Source: a virus
Taxonomy: Duplodnaviria > Caudoviricetes
DNA length: 64,000 nt
IMG/VR virus record: IMGVR_UViG_2513237329_000013
Coordinates: 63,252 to 127,251 of that record
Strand: one strand, 5' to 3'
Below are positions 55,644-64,000 of this stretch, in pieces. The notes under the pieces were generated by a model, which worked only from the letters and a program-made list of their open reading frames with translations, did not search any database and had not been told where the DNA came from. Numbering within the stretch: the stretch's first letter is position 1; each line of letters begins with the position of its first letter. Both the position numbers and the translations under genes were made by a program.

Positions 55644-56528
55644 TTGAAACGACCAGAAATCACAAAGCAATTATCAGAGCTGTTAGAAAAACACATTGAT
55701 CCGCATAACGATCCGCGTGTGTATTGGGCAAAAGAAGTGACATTTGATTATGCAACAAGCAATACCGTAAGAGTTGACTACATGCTTTTCAAACCAATAA
55801 ACAACTCCATTTCTGGCATTGAAAAAGGAGATTTCTCTTGCTATGAGATTAAATCCTCCGTCGATGATTTTCACTCGAAAAATGGACACAACTTCATTGG
55901 CGATAAGAACTACTATGTCATGCCAGAGAGTGTGTTTGAGAATGTGAAAAATGAAATCCCTTATTTTGTTGGTGTCCTATGCCCGCGTCAGGTATTTAGC
56001 GGTAGCTCTACATATCAACTTGTCGTTGTGAAAAACGCAAAGAAACACGATCGTACAAAATCAGTCTCAGAAATGCTGTTAATGATGTGGCGCTCGTCCA
56101 GACGCGAAATTGTTAAGGCAAGGCGTATTAAGAAAGTGGAGGAAGTAATGGAAACTGATGTTTTAATCAAAAATCTCCGTGAAGCTGCAAATAAATGGGA
56201 CAGAGATAACCCAAATCCACCGACATTCTCGACGGTTTATTCTGTTGCTCTGCGTGATGCAGCAAGCAGATTAGAAGAGTATGAGAAGATTATTGCGGAG
56301 ACGCAGAAACCAAACAATGTACTTAGCATCGAAGATCTTCAGCGTATGAATGGGCAACCAGTGTGGATTGAAGATATTCATGAGTGGGCTATCGTTTCTG
56401 TTGATGAGAATGGTTATTATGAGGGCATTCCATTTGCACAAGGACATTGTTTTAACTGGAATATTAAAGATCGAAACCTGAAATGTTATCGGAAACCGCC
56501 AGTCAGTAATACTCAGGAGGATAACTAA
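55644..56528 (+). CDS. PD-(D/E)XK-like domain fused to hypothetical domains
   Basis: EV...RVDYM...YEIKSSVDDF; internal GGAGG+ATG at 56148. Confidence 0.65.
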   Translation: MKRPEITKQLSELLEKHIDPHNDPRVYWAKEVTFDYATSNTVRVDYMLFKPINNSISGIEKGDFSCYEIKSSVDDFHSKNGHNFIGDKNYYVMPESVFENVKNEIPYFVGVLCPRQVFSGSSTYQLVVVKNAKKHDRTKSVSEMLLMMWRSSRREIVKARRIKKVEEVMETDVLIKNLREAANKWDRDNPNPPTFSTVYSVALRDAASRLEEYEKIIAETQKPNNVLSIEDLQRMNGQPVWIEDIHEWAIVSVDENGYYEGIPFAQGHCFNWNIKDRNLKCYRKPPVSNTQEDN

Positions 56529-56950
56529 TGGAGCGGCTGACCAATAAACGCGAGGCAGACGCTCAGCGTAAGGATTACGAAAATCGTATTAAAAATGGTT
56601 ATCCTCGCAACATTCCGGAAGAGCGTTTCCTTCGCCTCGCTGCATACGAAGATACAAAGATGCCTCCAGAACTCGTTGAAAAGGTCGCCAAGTTTGCAAT
56701 GTGGGTAAATGAAAATGGGATTGACCGGCTACGGCATCTTGCAGAAGCAGACGAAGAAAATCGTATTATTATCTTGCCATCAAAAGAATCCAGAAAGAAA
56801 GTACAGGAAGCATTTAACATCGTTGTGAAATATGGTTTTTGTAGCGATTGTGTACAGAAATATGATGGAACGCTTTGTCACCAATGCGATTGTTTTCAGA
56901 ATGGCGTTGATGTGATTAGACAAGCTTTATTTGAATCGGAGGATTTGTAA
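56528..56950 (+). CDS. Phage protein (MERLT family)
   Basis: MERLT...LAAYEDT. Confidence 0.7.
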   Translation: MERLTNKREADAQRKDYENRIKNGYPRNIPEERFLRLAAYEDTKMPPELVEKVAKFAMWVNENGIDRLRHLAEADEENRIIILPSKESRKKVQEAFNIVVKYGFCSDCVQKYDGTLCHQCDCFQNGVDVIRQALFESEDL

Positions 56951-57253
56951 ATGCCAGAATATATTTCAAAAGATGTGGCATTTCAGAGATTACTTTGTAA
57001 AGAAAGCGAATTCAATCATTGGAATGACTATAATCTTGCTCAATACATCATTGCGCAAATCGTTCCGGAAGATGTAGTTCCAGCAACGCATATACAAAAA
57101 CTTGGTAATATTGTTCAAACAATAAAAAACGGACGGGCTTGTAGAACCTTTTCGTGTTGTGGAACTGACTGTACAGAAATGACATCATGGATGTGGCCTA
57201 AATACTGCCCTTGGTGCGGCGCTAAATTGAATGGTGGTGTTTGTAATGCCTAA
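56951..57253 (+). CDS. Phage Zn-ribbon protein
   Basis: YCPWCGAK. Confidence 0.7.
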   Translation: MPEYISKDVAFQRLLCKESEFNHWNDYNLAQYIIAQIVPEDVVPATHIQKLGNIVQTIKNGRACRTFSCCGTDCTEMTSWMWPKYCPWCGAKLNGGVCNA

Positions 57254-57527
57254 ATACATAGAATTATCTTCTCTTTTGGAAAAGCTTCAGGCAACAAGCA
57301 TAGTCACAGATGATTTGTACGGCATGGGGATTATGAGTGGCATGGATGCTGCGAGAAAGATTGTAGCTGAACAGCCAATCATAGACGCAGAGCCGGTTGT
57401 AAGGTGTCAATATTGTAAGCACCATAATGAGGGTGAAAATTACATTTATTGTCGGATGCTAAAAACAAAATGTCCGAATGATGCAGATTTCTTCTGTGCT
57501 TATGGTGAAAAAGAAAGCGGTAACTAA
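57246..57527 (+). CDS. Phage Cys-rich protein
   Basis: VVRCQYC...FFCAYGE. Confidence 0.7.
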   Translation: MPKYIELSSLLEKLQATSIVTDDLYGMGIMSGMDAARKIVAEQPIIDAEPVVRCQYCKHHNEGENYIYCRMLKTKCPNDADFFCAYGEKESGN

Positions 57528-57528
57528 T

Positions 57529-57843
57529 ATGGCGATGAAAATTGGGTATATTCAAGAAATTGATCTTCAGCTTAATCCGCAATGTAAAGAGCGATTTCGT
57601 TTCAAAGAAACATCGTTTACTCGAAGAATTTCAAGTCGTGGAGATCGTGTGTATTCCAAAATGCTTGCACTTCCAGTTGACTACGAAGAAATTGTAGACA
57701 ATGCAAACATCATGAAGAAAAATAGCAAGATCATTTTAGTACGAGAGCCATTCTTACTCGATGACGAACTGCGCAAGAAAGTTACAGAGTGGGTTGAGTG
57801 GGCAAACACAGCAGACCCACACGAATATGATCCATTCGCGTAA
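57529..57843 (+). CDS. Hypothetical protein
   Basis: ORF in operon. Confidence 0.6.
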   Translation: MAMKIGYIQEIDLQLNPQCKERFRFKETSFTRRISSRGDRVYSKMLALPVDYEEIVDNANIMKKNSKIILVREPFLLDDELRKKVTEWVEWANTADPHEYDPFA

Positions 57844-57857
57844 GAGAGGTTTTCACA

Positions 57858-58034
57858 ATGAATAACGAAAAATACACGCAAACGAACAGCACAAACGAGC
57901 CTGTTCATTGCAAAGACTGCCAGCATCTTATGTTTTCCGATTGCTACGGAGAGTGTACAAAGTGTCATTTAGGAATTGTGCGTCCAGATGATTCTTGCGA
58001 ATTTGGCGAAAGGAGAGCTACAACACATGTCTGA
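57858..58034 (+). CDS. Small Cys-rich protein (58 aa, not in ORF track)
   Basis: GAGG RBS; CKDC...DDSCEFGE. Confidence 0.6.
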   Translation: MNNEKYTQTNSTNEPVHCKDCQHLMFSDCYGECTKCHLGIVRPDDSCEFGERRATTHV

Positions 58035-58587
58035 AAACCGAAAGTTGTATATCGCAGACTGGCATTATGCACATGCAAACATTCTTGCATTTGATAATCG
58101 CCCGTTTAAGACAGTAGAAGAAATGAACAAAGAGCTTGTTAAGCGCTGGAACGCTGCGGTCGATCCTGGCGATACGGTTTATGTGCTTGGTGATATGTTC
58201 TGGTGCAAGGCGCAGGAAGCGCTACCGGTACTCCAATCGCTGAACGGTCAAAAATTCCTTATCAAAGGAAACCACGACCGTTGCAACGACGGCAAGTTTA
58301 TCAAATCCTTTGTCAAGGTGACAGAGTATTTTGAAGTGGACGACGATGGCCGCAAAATCGTGCTTTGTCACTATCCTATTCCATGCTTCAAGAATCATTT
58401 CTATGGGTGGTATCACCTGTACGGTCATGTTCATAAATCATTTGAGCATGAAATGATGGAACACGACAAGTATCTGATGCAGGAATTATACGGAAAGCAG
58501 TGTCAAATGTTTAATGTAGGTGCAATGATGCCATATATGGATTATACGCCACGAACCATTGATGAAATTCTAAAAGGAGCAAGTTAA
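58027..58587 (+). CDS. Calcineurin-like metallophosphoesterase
   Basis: DWH, LGD, GNHD, HYP, GHVH. Confidence 0.9.
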   Translation: MSENRKLYIADWHYAHANILAFDNRPFKTVEEMNKELVKRWNAAVDPGDTVYVLGDMFWCKAQEALPVLQSLNGQKFLIKGNHDRCNDGKFIKSFVKVTEYFEVDDDGRKIVLCHYPIPCFKNHFYGWYHLYGHVHKSFEHEMMEHDKYLMQELYGKQCQMFNVGAMMPYMDYTPRTIDEILKGAS

Positions 58588-58592
58588 ACAAT

Positions 58593-59093
58593 ATGGAAAA
58601 ATTCTATGTGATAAAACCTGAGTGTGGATTTTACAAGCAGGTGTTCGACTATTTAGAAAACGCACAGATCGTAAACAAGTTGTTCAATCAGTTCTCTCAT
58701 GATATGGAAATCGAATCTAATCTCTATTATGCCAGTAATGACACGGTGTCAATCGTACCGACAGCAAAAGACAAAGAGAAATTTGCAAATCAATTCAAAA
58801 AATATGCTGACGGCGCAACCGGTCTAATGTTTTTCAAACAGAATAGTAAGGTTTACAAGGAATGGATCGCTTTATTAAAAAAGAATGATTTGAAAGTAAA
58901 ATGCCGTCCGCAGCCAGGATTCTATTTTGGAATTTGGGGCAGAGGGAGTTCCCGTTTATTTGAACACAATGGGAAGCTGTATATGTCATTAAACTACAAT
59001 GAAGATTTTGAAGATCCACAGGATTGTGATCCTATTCTTGGCAGTGAGTTTTACAAGGTATTAGAGGAACTCGAACATAACGAAAAGAAATAA
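58593..59093 (+). CDS. Hypothetical protein
   Basis: 166 aa. Confidence 0.7.
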   Translation: MEKFYVIKPECGFYKQVFDYLENAQIVNKLFNQFSHDMEIESNLYYASNDTVSIVPTAKDKEKFANQFKKYADGATGLMFFKQNSKVYKEWIALLKKNDLKVKCRPQPGFYFGIWGRGSSRLFEHNGKLYMSLNYNEDFEDPQDCDPILGSEFYKVLEELEHNEKK

Positions 59094-59104
59094 TGAGGTG
59101 AAAT

Positions 59105-59552
59105 ATGAACACAGGAGTAATGTTTTCATCGAAGTCTATGAATTGGGCAACGCCGCAGGACTTCTTTGATAAACTCAACTCCGAGTTTCACTTTACCCTT
59201 GATCCGTGTGCAGACAGTGAAAACCATAAATGTGCTACATATTACACAGAGCGAGAAAATGGTCTTGCACAGTGCTGGGGGGGGGCAAACGGTCTTCTGT
59301 AATCCGCCATACGGAAGAGCGATTAAGGATTGGGTAAAGAAATGCTCGGAGGAATCGTTAAAACCAAATACGACGGTTGTAATGTTGATTCCAGCACGAA
59401 CCGATACGAGTTATTTCCACGATTATATCTATCAAAAACCGAATGTTGAAATTCGTTTTATTCGTGGACGATTAAAATTCGGAGATGGAAAGAACTCCGC
59501 CCCATTCCCAAGCATGGTGGTTATATTCAAATCTAAAAAGGATGGAACATAA
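59105..59552 (+). CDS. Phage Dam-like N6-adenine MTase, frameshifted at G9 (59277-59285)
   Basis: WATPQ..F..FTLDPCA; deleting one G gives WGGQTVFCNPPYG...LIPARTDT...GRLKF...APFPS. Confidence 0.85.
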
Positions 59553-60094
59553 TGGCTATCAAAGAAAATATGGACTTATACAGATGTGAAAAATGCAAAA
59601 AGCTTTATACATCTGAGTATGCTGCGAATATATGTTGTAAGCAATATCATTGTAGAGTATGCGAAAAAGAAACACCGCAGTATATGTTGATTTGCGATTC
59701 TTGCGCAGAGAATGAACGCTTTGAAAAAGCAAGAAAAATGACTCTGGCAGAGTATTATGAAGAGTTCCCAGGCAACATGCTCTATTACGGAGAAGAATTC
59801 TATGACGATATCGAATCTCTATTAGATAGCATTGATTGTGACTATGAGGATATTCCAAAGTATGTATACGGAACAACAATGGAAAGCATGGAGATCGACG
59901 CAAATCAAATGCTGCAGCAAGCAGAAGAAGATTCGGATGTTGAAGACTTTTATTTTGATGACGTCGCCGCTAAAGAACTAAGAGAATTTGTTAAGCAGTG
60001 GAACGCAAAATACGCTAAAAGCTACTATTCATGGAATGATAAGGTAGTTGTTATGCTTCCTACGGAATACCAGAAGGAGCGTGTCAATGATTAA
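59552..60094 (+). CDS. Zn-finger hypothetical protein
   Basis: CEKC, CC, CRVC, CDSC. Confidence 0.7.
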   Translation: MAIKENMDLYRCEKCKKLYTSEYAANICCKQYHCRVCEKETPQYMLICDSCAENERFEKARKMTLAEYYEEFPGNMLYYGEEFYDDIESLLDSIDCDYEDIPKYVYGTTMESMEIDANQMLQQAEEDSDVEDFYFDDVAAKELREFVKQWNAKYAKSYYSWNDKVVVMLPTEYQKERVND

Positions 60095-60557
60095 AACAGT
60101 TGTTGGGGACATTCTTGACGCAACGGAAGATATTATCTGCCATCAGGTAAATTGTCGAGGTGTAATGGGAGCTGGTGTAGCAAAAACGCTCTGTACTCGT
60201 TGGCCTATCATCAAGAAGACTTACATCCGATATTGCAGAAGATTTGAAAATCAAAATGAACTTCTTGGTCATGTTCTTCCTGTAGCGGTTGAACCGAATA
60301 AGACTGTTCTGAATATCTTTGGGCAGCTTGATTATGGCAGAGACAAGTACCGCAAGTACACGGATTATGTTGCTCTCACAAAAGCGTTTGATGAGATCCG
60401 CAGTAAGTATCATAACAAATCGTTTGCATTCCCATATGGATTTGGCTGTGGATTAGCAAATGGTGACTGGAATATCGTTGAAAATATGCTCAACACATAC
60501 TTTGGCGATATGAATGTTACTATTTACAGGCTTTCAGCAAGGAGCGATGAGGTATGA
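60087..60557 (+). CDS. Macro domain (ADP-ribose-processing) protein
   Basis: GDI, HQVNCRGVMGAGVA, FGCGLANGDW. Confidence 0.9.
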   Translation: MIKTVVGDILDATEDIICHQVNCRGVMGAGVAKTLCTRWPIIKKTYIRYCRRFENQNELLGHVLPVAVEPNKTVLNIFGQLDYGRDKYRKYTDYVALTKAFDEIRSKYHNKSFAFPYGFGCGLANGDWNIVENMLNTYFGDMNVTIYRLSARSDEV

Positions 60558-60820
60558 AACTATATTTTCGCAATAGCAGAGCTAAGTTCCGTCCTATCGC
60601 CAATATTGATGGCAGAAAGCCAGACAAAGAGATTGCCAAACAGATAGTTGCAAAAATCAATGAATTTTGTAGCGAACGAAACTTCAAAATTTATTACACG
60701 AGGATGTGGCACGAGGAATGCAAAGGAAAGCAAATGACAAAGTTTGATGTAGGAAGTCACACGGAATTTTTCTATTTTGAAAAAGCTCTTCCGTTCGCAG
60801 CGTTTCAAGGAGACGAATGA
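60554..60820 (+). CDS. Hypothetical protein
   Basis: FDVGSHTEFF. Confidence 0.7.
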   Translation: MKLYFRNSRAKFRPIANIDGRKPDKEIAKQIVAKINEFCSERNFKIYYTRMWHEECKGKQMTKFDVGSHTEFFYFEKALPFAAFQGDE

Positions 60821-61111
60821 ATGAAGATATTACTTATTCCAGACTGGCAAGGATGTACGATCATTACGGACAATGGGTACTGTACGATCCAGGGCTTGCC
60901 AAATGATATTGTAGACAAGGTGTTTGTATCTGAAATTCCTATTAGCAATGGGATTGGGCTGATTACCCCACTTGTAAATGAGCTTACTATCGTATCTGGC
61001 AGCAGCGTAGCAAGCCTATATCGCAAATTGCTCAATGAACACCATATCGTCACAAAAGAGATTTTTAACACAAAACCGTCCGTATTGCTGAAAGGAGTCC
61101 GAAATGGATAG
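60821..61111 (+). CDS. Hypothetical protein
   Basis: Abutting ORF. Confidence 0.6.
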   Translation: MKILLIPDWQGCTIITDNGYCTIQGLPNDIVDKVFVSEIPISNGIGLITPLVNELTIVSGSSVASLYRKLLNEHHIVTKEIFNTKPSVLLKGVRNG

Positions 61112-61787
61112 GATAATTGCCATCGGAGACATTCACGGATGTCTCAACACACTAAAAGAGCTTCTGAAAAGTGTGGATTATAGCAGTCAGACAGATACAT
61201 TGGTGTTTGTTGGTGACTACATAGATCGCGGAGCAAATAGCTGTGAGACAGTGGCGTTTCTTCGTAAGCTTCAGCATCAGGTAGGAAAAGATAATTGTAT
61301 TTGCCTTCGTGGTAATCATGAGCAAATGGCGATTGACGCATTTACAAGCGGAGATAATTCGCTTTGGTTCTACAACGGCGGATACTCGACCGTGTGCAGC
61401 TACGATAGAAATGGCATAGATATTGAATCAGATATTGGTTGGTTTAAGGCGCTTCCGCTTGTGTATGATACACCAGAAATTATATTCTGTCATGCCGGTC
61501 TGTCAAAACCATTGCTCAAAGACAATACAGCACATGATTTGATTTGGGGACGCGACTGGATTCGACATAACGACCATAGGCCACGGGAAAAGCAAGTGAT
61601 TTTCGGGCATACCCCAAGTAGAACTGGTACTGCCTACACCGTAGCAACTGGCGATATTTGTATCGACTCAGCATGTGTTTATGGTGGAAGGTTATGTGCC
61701 TTAGCAATCAACGAAGATGGAAACAGCAAACTGTTCTATGCAGACAAGTCCGAAGAGGACGATGAAAACTTGCAAGGAATTAGTTAA
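61104..61787 (+). CDS. Ser/Thr protein phosphatase-like metallophosphoesterase
   Basis: GDIHG, GDYIDRG, RGNHE, HAG, FGHT. Confidence 0.9.
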   Translation: MDRIIAIGDIHGCLNTLKELLKSVDYSSQTDTLVFVGDYIDRGANSCETVAFLRKLQHQVGKDNCICLRGNHEQMAIDAFTSGDNSLWFYNGGYSTVCSYDRNGIDIESDIGWFKALPLVYDTPEIIFCHAGLSKPLLKDNTAHDLIWGRDWIRHNDHRPREKQVIFGHTPSRTGTAYTVATGDICIDSACVYGGRLCALAINEDGNSKLFYADKSEEDDENLQGIS

Positions 61788-61809
61788 ACAGCATTTGGAG
61801 TGTGAATTG

Positions 61810-62136
61810 ATGTTCAAAATTCTTATTTTCTATAAGAGCATTTCTGCGGTCAAAAACTATCTCAAAATGTTTAGAAATATGCCATTGATGATTTTTGAAG
61901 AAACTCGCAACGGCTTCACATTCAATGGTGAAAAAGTAAGTGTAAAAGGTGTCCGCTGTGCCAAAATCTCAGATCAGCACCGTGGACATTGGGCGCATAT
62001 TATCGCCGTGCAAGAAGAACTCACATGGGCTGAAGATTGGAACAAGGTTCGAGACTGTATCATTTACCCCATGCTTCAAACACCAATTGATATTCAAATC
62101 TTTGATGGAGATTACCCAAATGAGCAAGCAGCCTAA
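61810..62136 (+). CDS. Hypothetical protein
   Basis: GGAG RBS. Confidence 0.6.
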   Translation: MFKILIFYKSISAVKNYLKMFRNMPLMIFEETRNGFTFNGEKVSVKGVRCAKISDQHRGHWAHIIAVQEELTWAEDWNKVRDCIIYPMLQTPIDIQIFDGDYPNEQAA

Positions 62137-62293
62137 AGAAGAAAAGCCTAAGTATATTACGGATGAAAATGGTACGCAGTTTTTCGTAGTTGGCAATACG
62201 AAAATCCGTGTAACAGAGCATTTTAATAGCAAGGGTAAACATATCAAAGATCTCGTAGAAAATGCCGTACAATACGCCGCAAATGCGGCTTAA
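62120..62293 (+). CDS. TnpW-like small protein upstream of the recombinase
   Basis: VGNTKIRVTEHFNSKGKHIKDLV; typical position. Confidence 0.5.
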   Translation: MSKQPKEEKPKYITDENGTQFFVVGNTKIRVTEHFNSKGKHIKDLVENAVQYAANAA

Positions 62294-62303
62294 TAACGGT
62301 GAC

Positions 62304-62360
62304 AACAGCTCGTACTTGTGATATAATTACGTGGTAAGCTTATCATAAGTGCGAGTTGTT
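62304..62360. repeat. 20-bp imperfect inverted repeat upstream of the recombinase
   Basis: AACAGCTCGTACTTGTGATA / TATCATAAGTGCGAGTTGTT. Confidence 0.75.
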
Positions 62361-62389
62361 TCACTACTAAAGGAGGTTGCTAAACAACG

Positions 62390-64000
62390 GTGAAACAACT
62401 GATTTATCGCGTCGCGCTCTATATGCGATTGAGCCGAGACGATGAGGATTACGGAGAAAGCGTTAGTATTGAAACCCAGCGCAAAATCATCACACAATTT
62501 GCTAATGAGCAGCACTTCATTATAGTTGACGAGTACATTGATGACGGTTGGAGTGGTACGAACTTTGATCGCCCAGCATTCCAACGCATGATGGAAGATG
62601 TCGAGTCCGGAAAGGTGAATTGCATTATTACCAAGGATCTCTCCCGCCTTGGTCGTGAGCATATCATGATGGACTATTATCTGGAATTCTACTTTCCAGA
62701 AAAGCGAATCCGCTATATTGCCGTCACAGAAAATGAAGATACAGAAAAAGGCTTGTCTGACTTCGTTCCGTTCAAGAACCTATTCAATGAATGGTTTGCA
62801 AAGGATACAAGCCGTAAAGTCAAAGCTGCTTTCAAAGCAAAGTTTGCTGCTGGAGATCGTATTTGCGCATATGTTAAAATCGGATATAAGCGGCATCCAG
62901 AGATCAAAAACCGTATTGTGCCAGATGAAGAAACAAAGTGGATACCTGAGAAAATCTTTGATTTGGCTTATCACGGTGCTGGAGCTGCTAAAATTACAAG
63001 GACTCTAATTGCAGAGAAAGTTCCTACGCCGTCCTGGATTAACTACCAGAGATTCGGGACATTCGCTCATGTATATCAAAATGCCTCAGAAGAAAAACGG
63101 TACGCATGGACTGTTGCACAAGTCAAGTACATCTTGAAAGATGAAACTTACATTGGGAATACAGTTCACTACAAACAGACGAACATATCTTTCAAGAACA
63201 AGAAACGCATTCGCAAGCCAGAAGATGAATGGTGGAGAATAGAAAACACTCACGAAGGATTGATTCCAAAAGAGATGTTTGATTCTGTTCAAGCGCAAAT
63301 TGCTACCAGACGTCGGATGCAGAAAGATCATACAACGCAGATCTTCTCTGGGCTTGTCAAATGTGCTGATTGCGGATGGTCGATGCGTTTCGGTACGAAT
63401 AGACAAAACAAAAACCCATACAGCCACTACACATGCAGCAAATATGGGCAAGTAGGAATTCATTGTTCTGCACACTATATCCGATATGATGTACTGTATG
63501 CCTATGTGCTATCAAGAATTCAGTATTGGGCAGCTCAAGCCGTACAAGACGAGGATGCTCTTTTAGAAAGGCTTCTTCAAACTGGCAATGCAAAGCAGAA
63601 TGCCGAGCGAAAAAAGATCGCTGACGATTTGAAGAGATCTGAAAAACGACAAAAGGAATTGGACAACCTTTTCGCTAAGCTATATGAGGATCGAATTGCT
63701 GAAAGGATTACAGAGCGAAACTTCATTATGCTGTCTGCAAAATATCAGGAAGAGCAAAATGCTTTGGATGGTAAGATAGACCTACTTAATGGGCAAATCA
63801 GTGAAAATTCTGAGCGATATAGCAATATTGAAACTTGGGTGAAACTGATTAAGCAGTACGCATCTCCAACGGAATTAGACTCAATTTTACTCAATGCTCT
63901 TGTGGAAAAAATTACAGTCCACGAGGCAGTTAAACACGAAGATGGAAGTCGAGAGCAAGAGGTCGAGATTTTCTATAAGTTTATAGGAAAGATCGACTGA
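62390..64000 (+). CDS. Large serine recombinase (integrase)
   Basis: YMRLSRDD, SIETQ, DDGWSGTNFDRP, KDLSRLGR, Zn ribbon CADC...C, coiled coil. Confidence 0.95.
   Translation: MKQLIYRVALYMRLSRDDEDYGESVSIETQRKIITQFANEQHFIIVDEYIDDGWSGTNFDRPAFQRMMEDVESGKVNCIITKDLSRLGREHIMMDYYLEFYFPEKRIRYIAVTENEDTEKGLSDFVPFKNLFNEWFAKDTSRKVKAAFKAKFAAGDRICAYVKIGYKRHPEIKNRIVPDEETKWIPEKIFDLAYHGAGAAKITRTLIAEKVPTPSWINYQRFGTFAHVYQNASEEKRYAWTVAQVKYILKDETYIGNTVHYKQTNISFKNKKRIRKPEDEWWRIENTHEGLIPKEMFDSVQAQIATRRRMQKDHTTQIFSGLVKCADCGWSMRFGTNRQNKNPYSHYTCSKYGQVGIHCSAHYIRYDVLYAYVLSRIQYWAAQAVQDEDALLERLLQTGNAKQNAERKKIADDLKRSEKRQKELDNLFAKLYEDRIAERITERNFIMLSAKYQEEQNALDGKIDLLNGQISENSERYSNIETWVKLIKQYASPTELDSILLNALVEKITVHEAVKHEDGSREQEVEIFYKFIGKID

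Larger units (their letters stand above)
1..64000. mobile_element. Part of a large temperate phage/integrative element of Clostridia-like bacteria
   Basis: ImmA/ImmR switch, serine integrase, own replisome and nucleotide metabolism, tRNAs, dense co-oriented small ORFs. Confidence 0.85.

Overview
This window is the early, regulatory, nucleic-acid-modification and replication arm of a large temperate phage or integrative element from a Clostridia-type (Bacillota) host. Almost everything is on the + strand, and no virion genes are visible. From left to right: a phage sigma-like factor and about 20 small early ORFs (including DUF932 and a DarB-like N6-MTase/SNF2 helicase) driven by a 10-copy bipartite promoter, GTAAGCAA-N15-GGTAGWTATA. 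A type I hammerhead ribozyme lies among them. Next come an ImmA/ImmR-like switch and an integrase-fold (MrpR-like) repressor with a dispersed operator, and then a 1.7-kb RNA cluster. After the cluster: a DUF2828 (TROVE/Ro60-like + vWA) protein, RlmN-like and SPASM radical SAM enzymes, and an RNA ligase/nucleotidyltransferase/kinase-HD block. A DNA-modification locus full of G/C homopolymer tracts follows, then ERF/SSB/nuclease/primase-helicase/DnaE, thyX/nrdDG/dut, and a large serine recombinase at the right edge. The most striking observation is the RNA cluster at 18.6-20.24 kb. Besides two normal tRNAs it holds 8 copies of a helix + CRC-N-HACAGCWW module, either as small stand-alone RNAs enclosing an anticodon stem-loop or inserted inside tRNA bodies, directly upstream of the Ro60-like gene. 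This suggests an undescribed protein-tethered anticodon-display/tRNA-mimic RNP. All family calls come from motif recognition by eye, not database searches.
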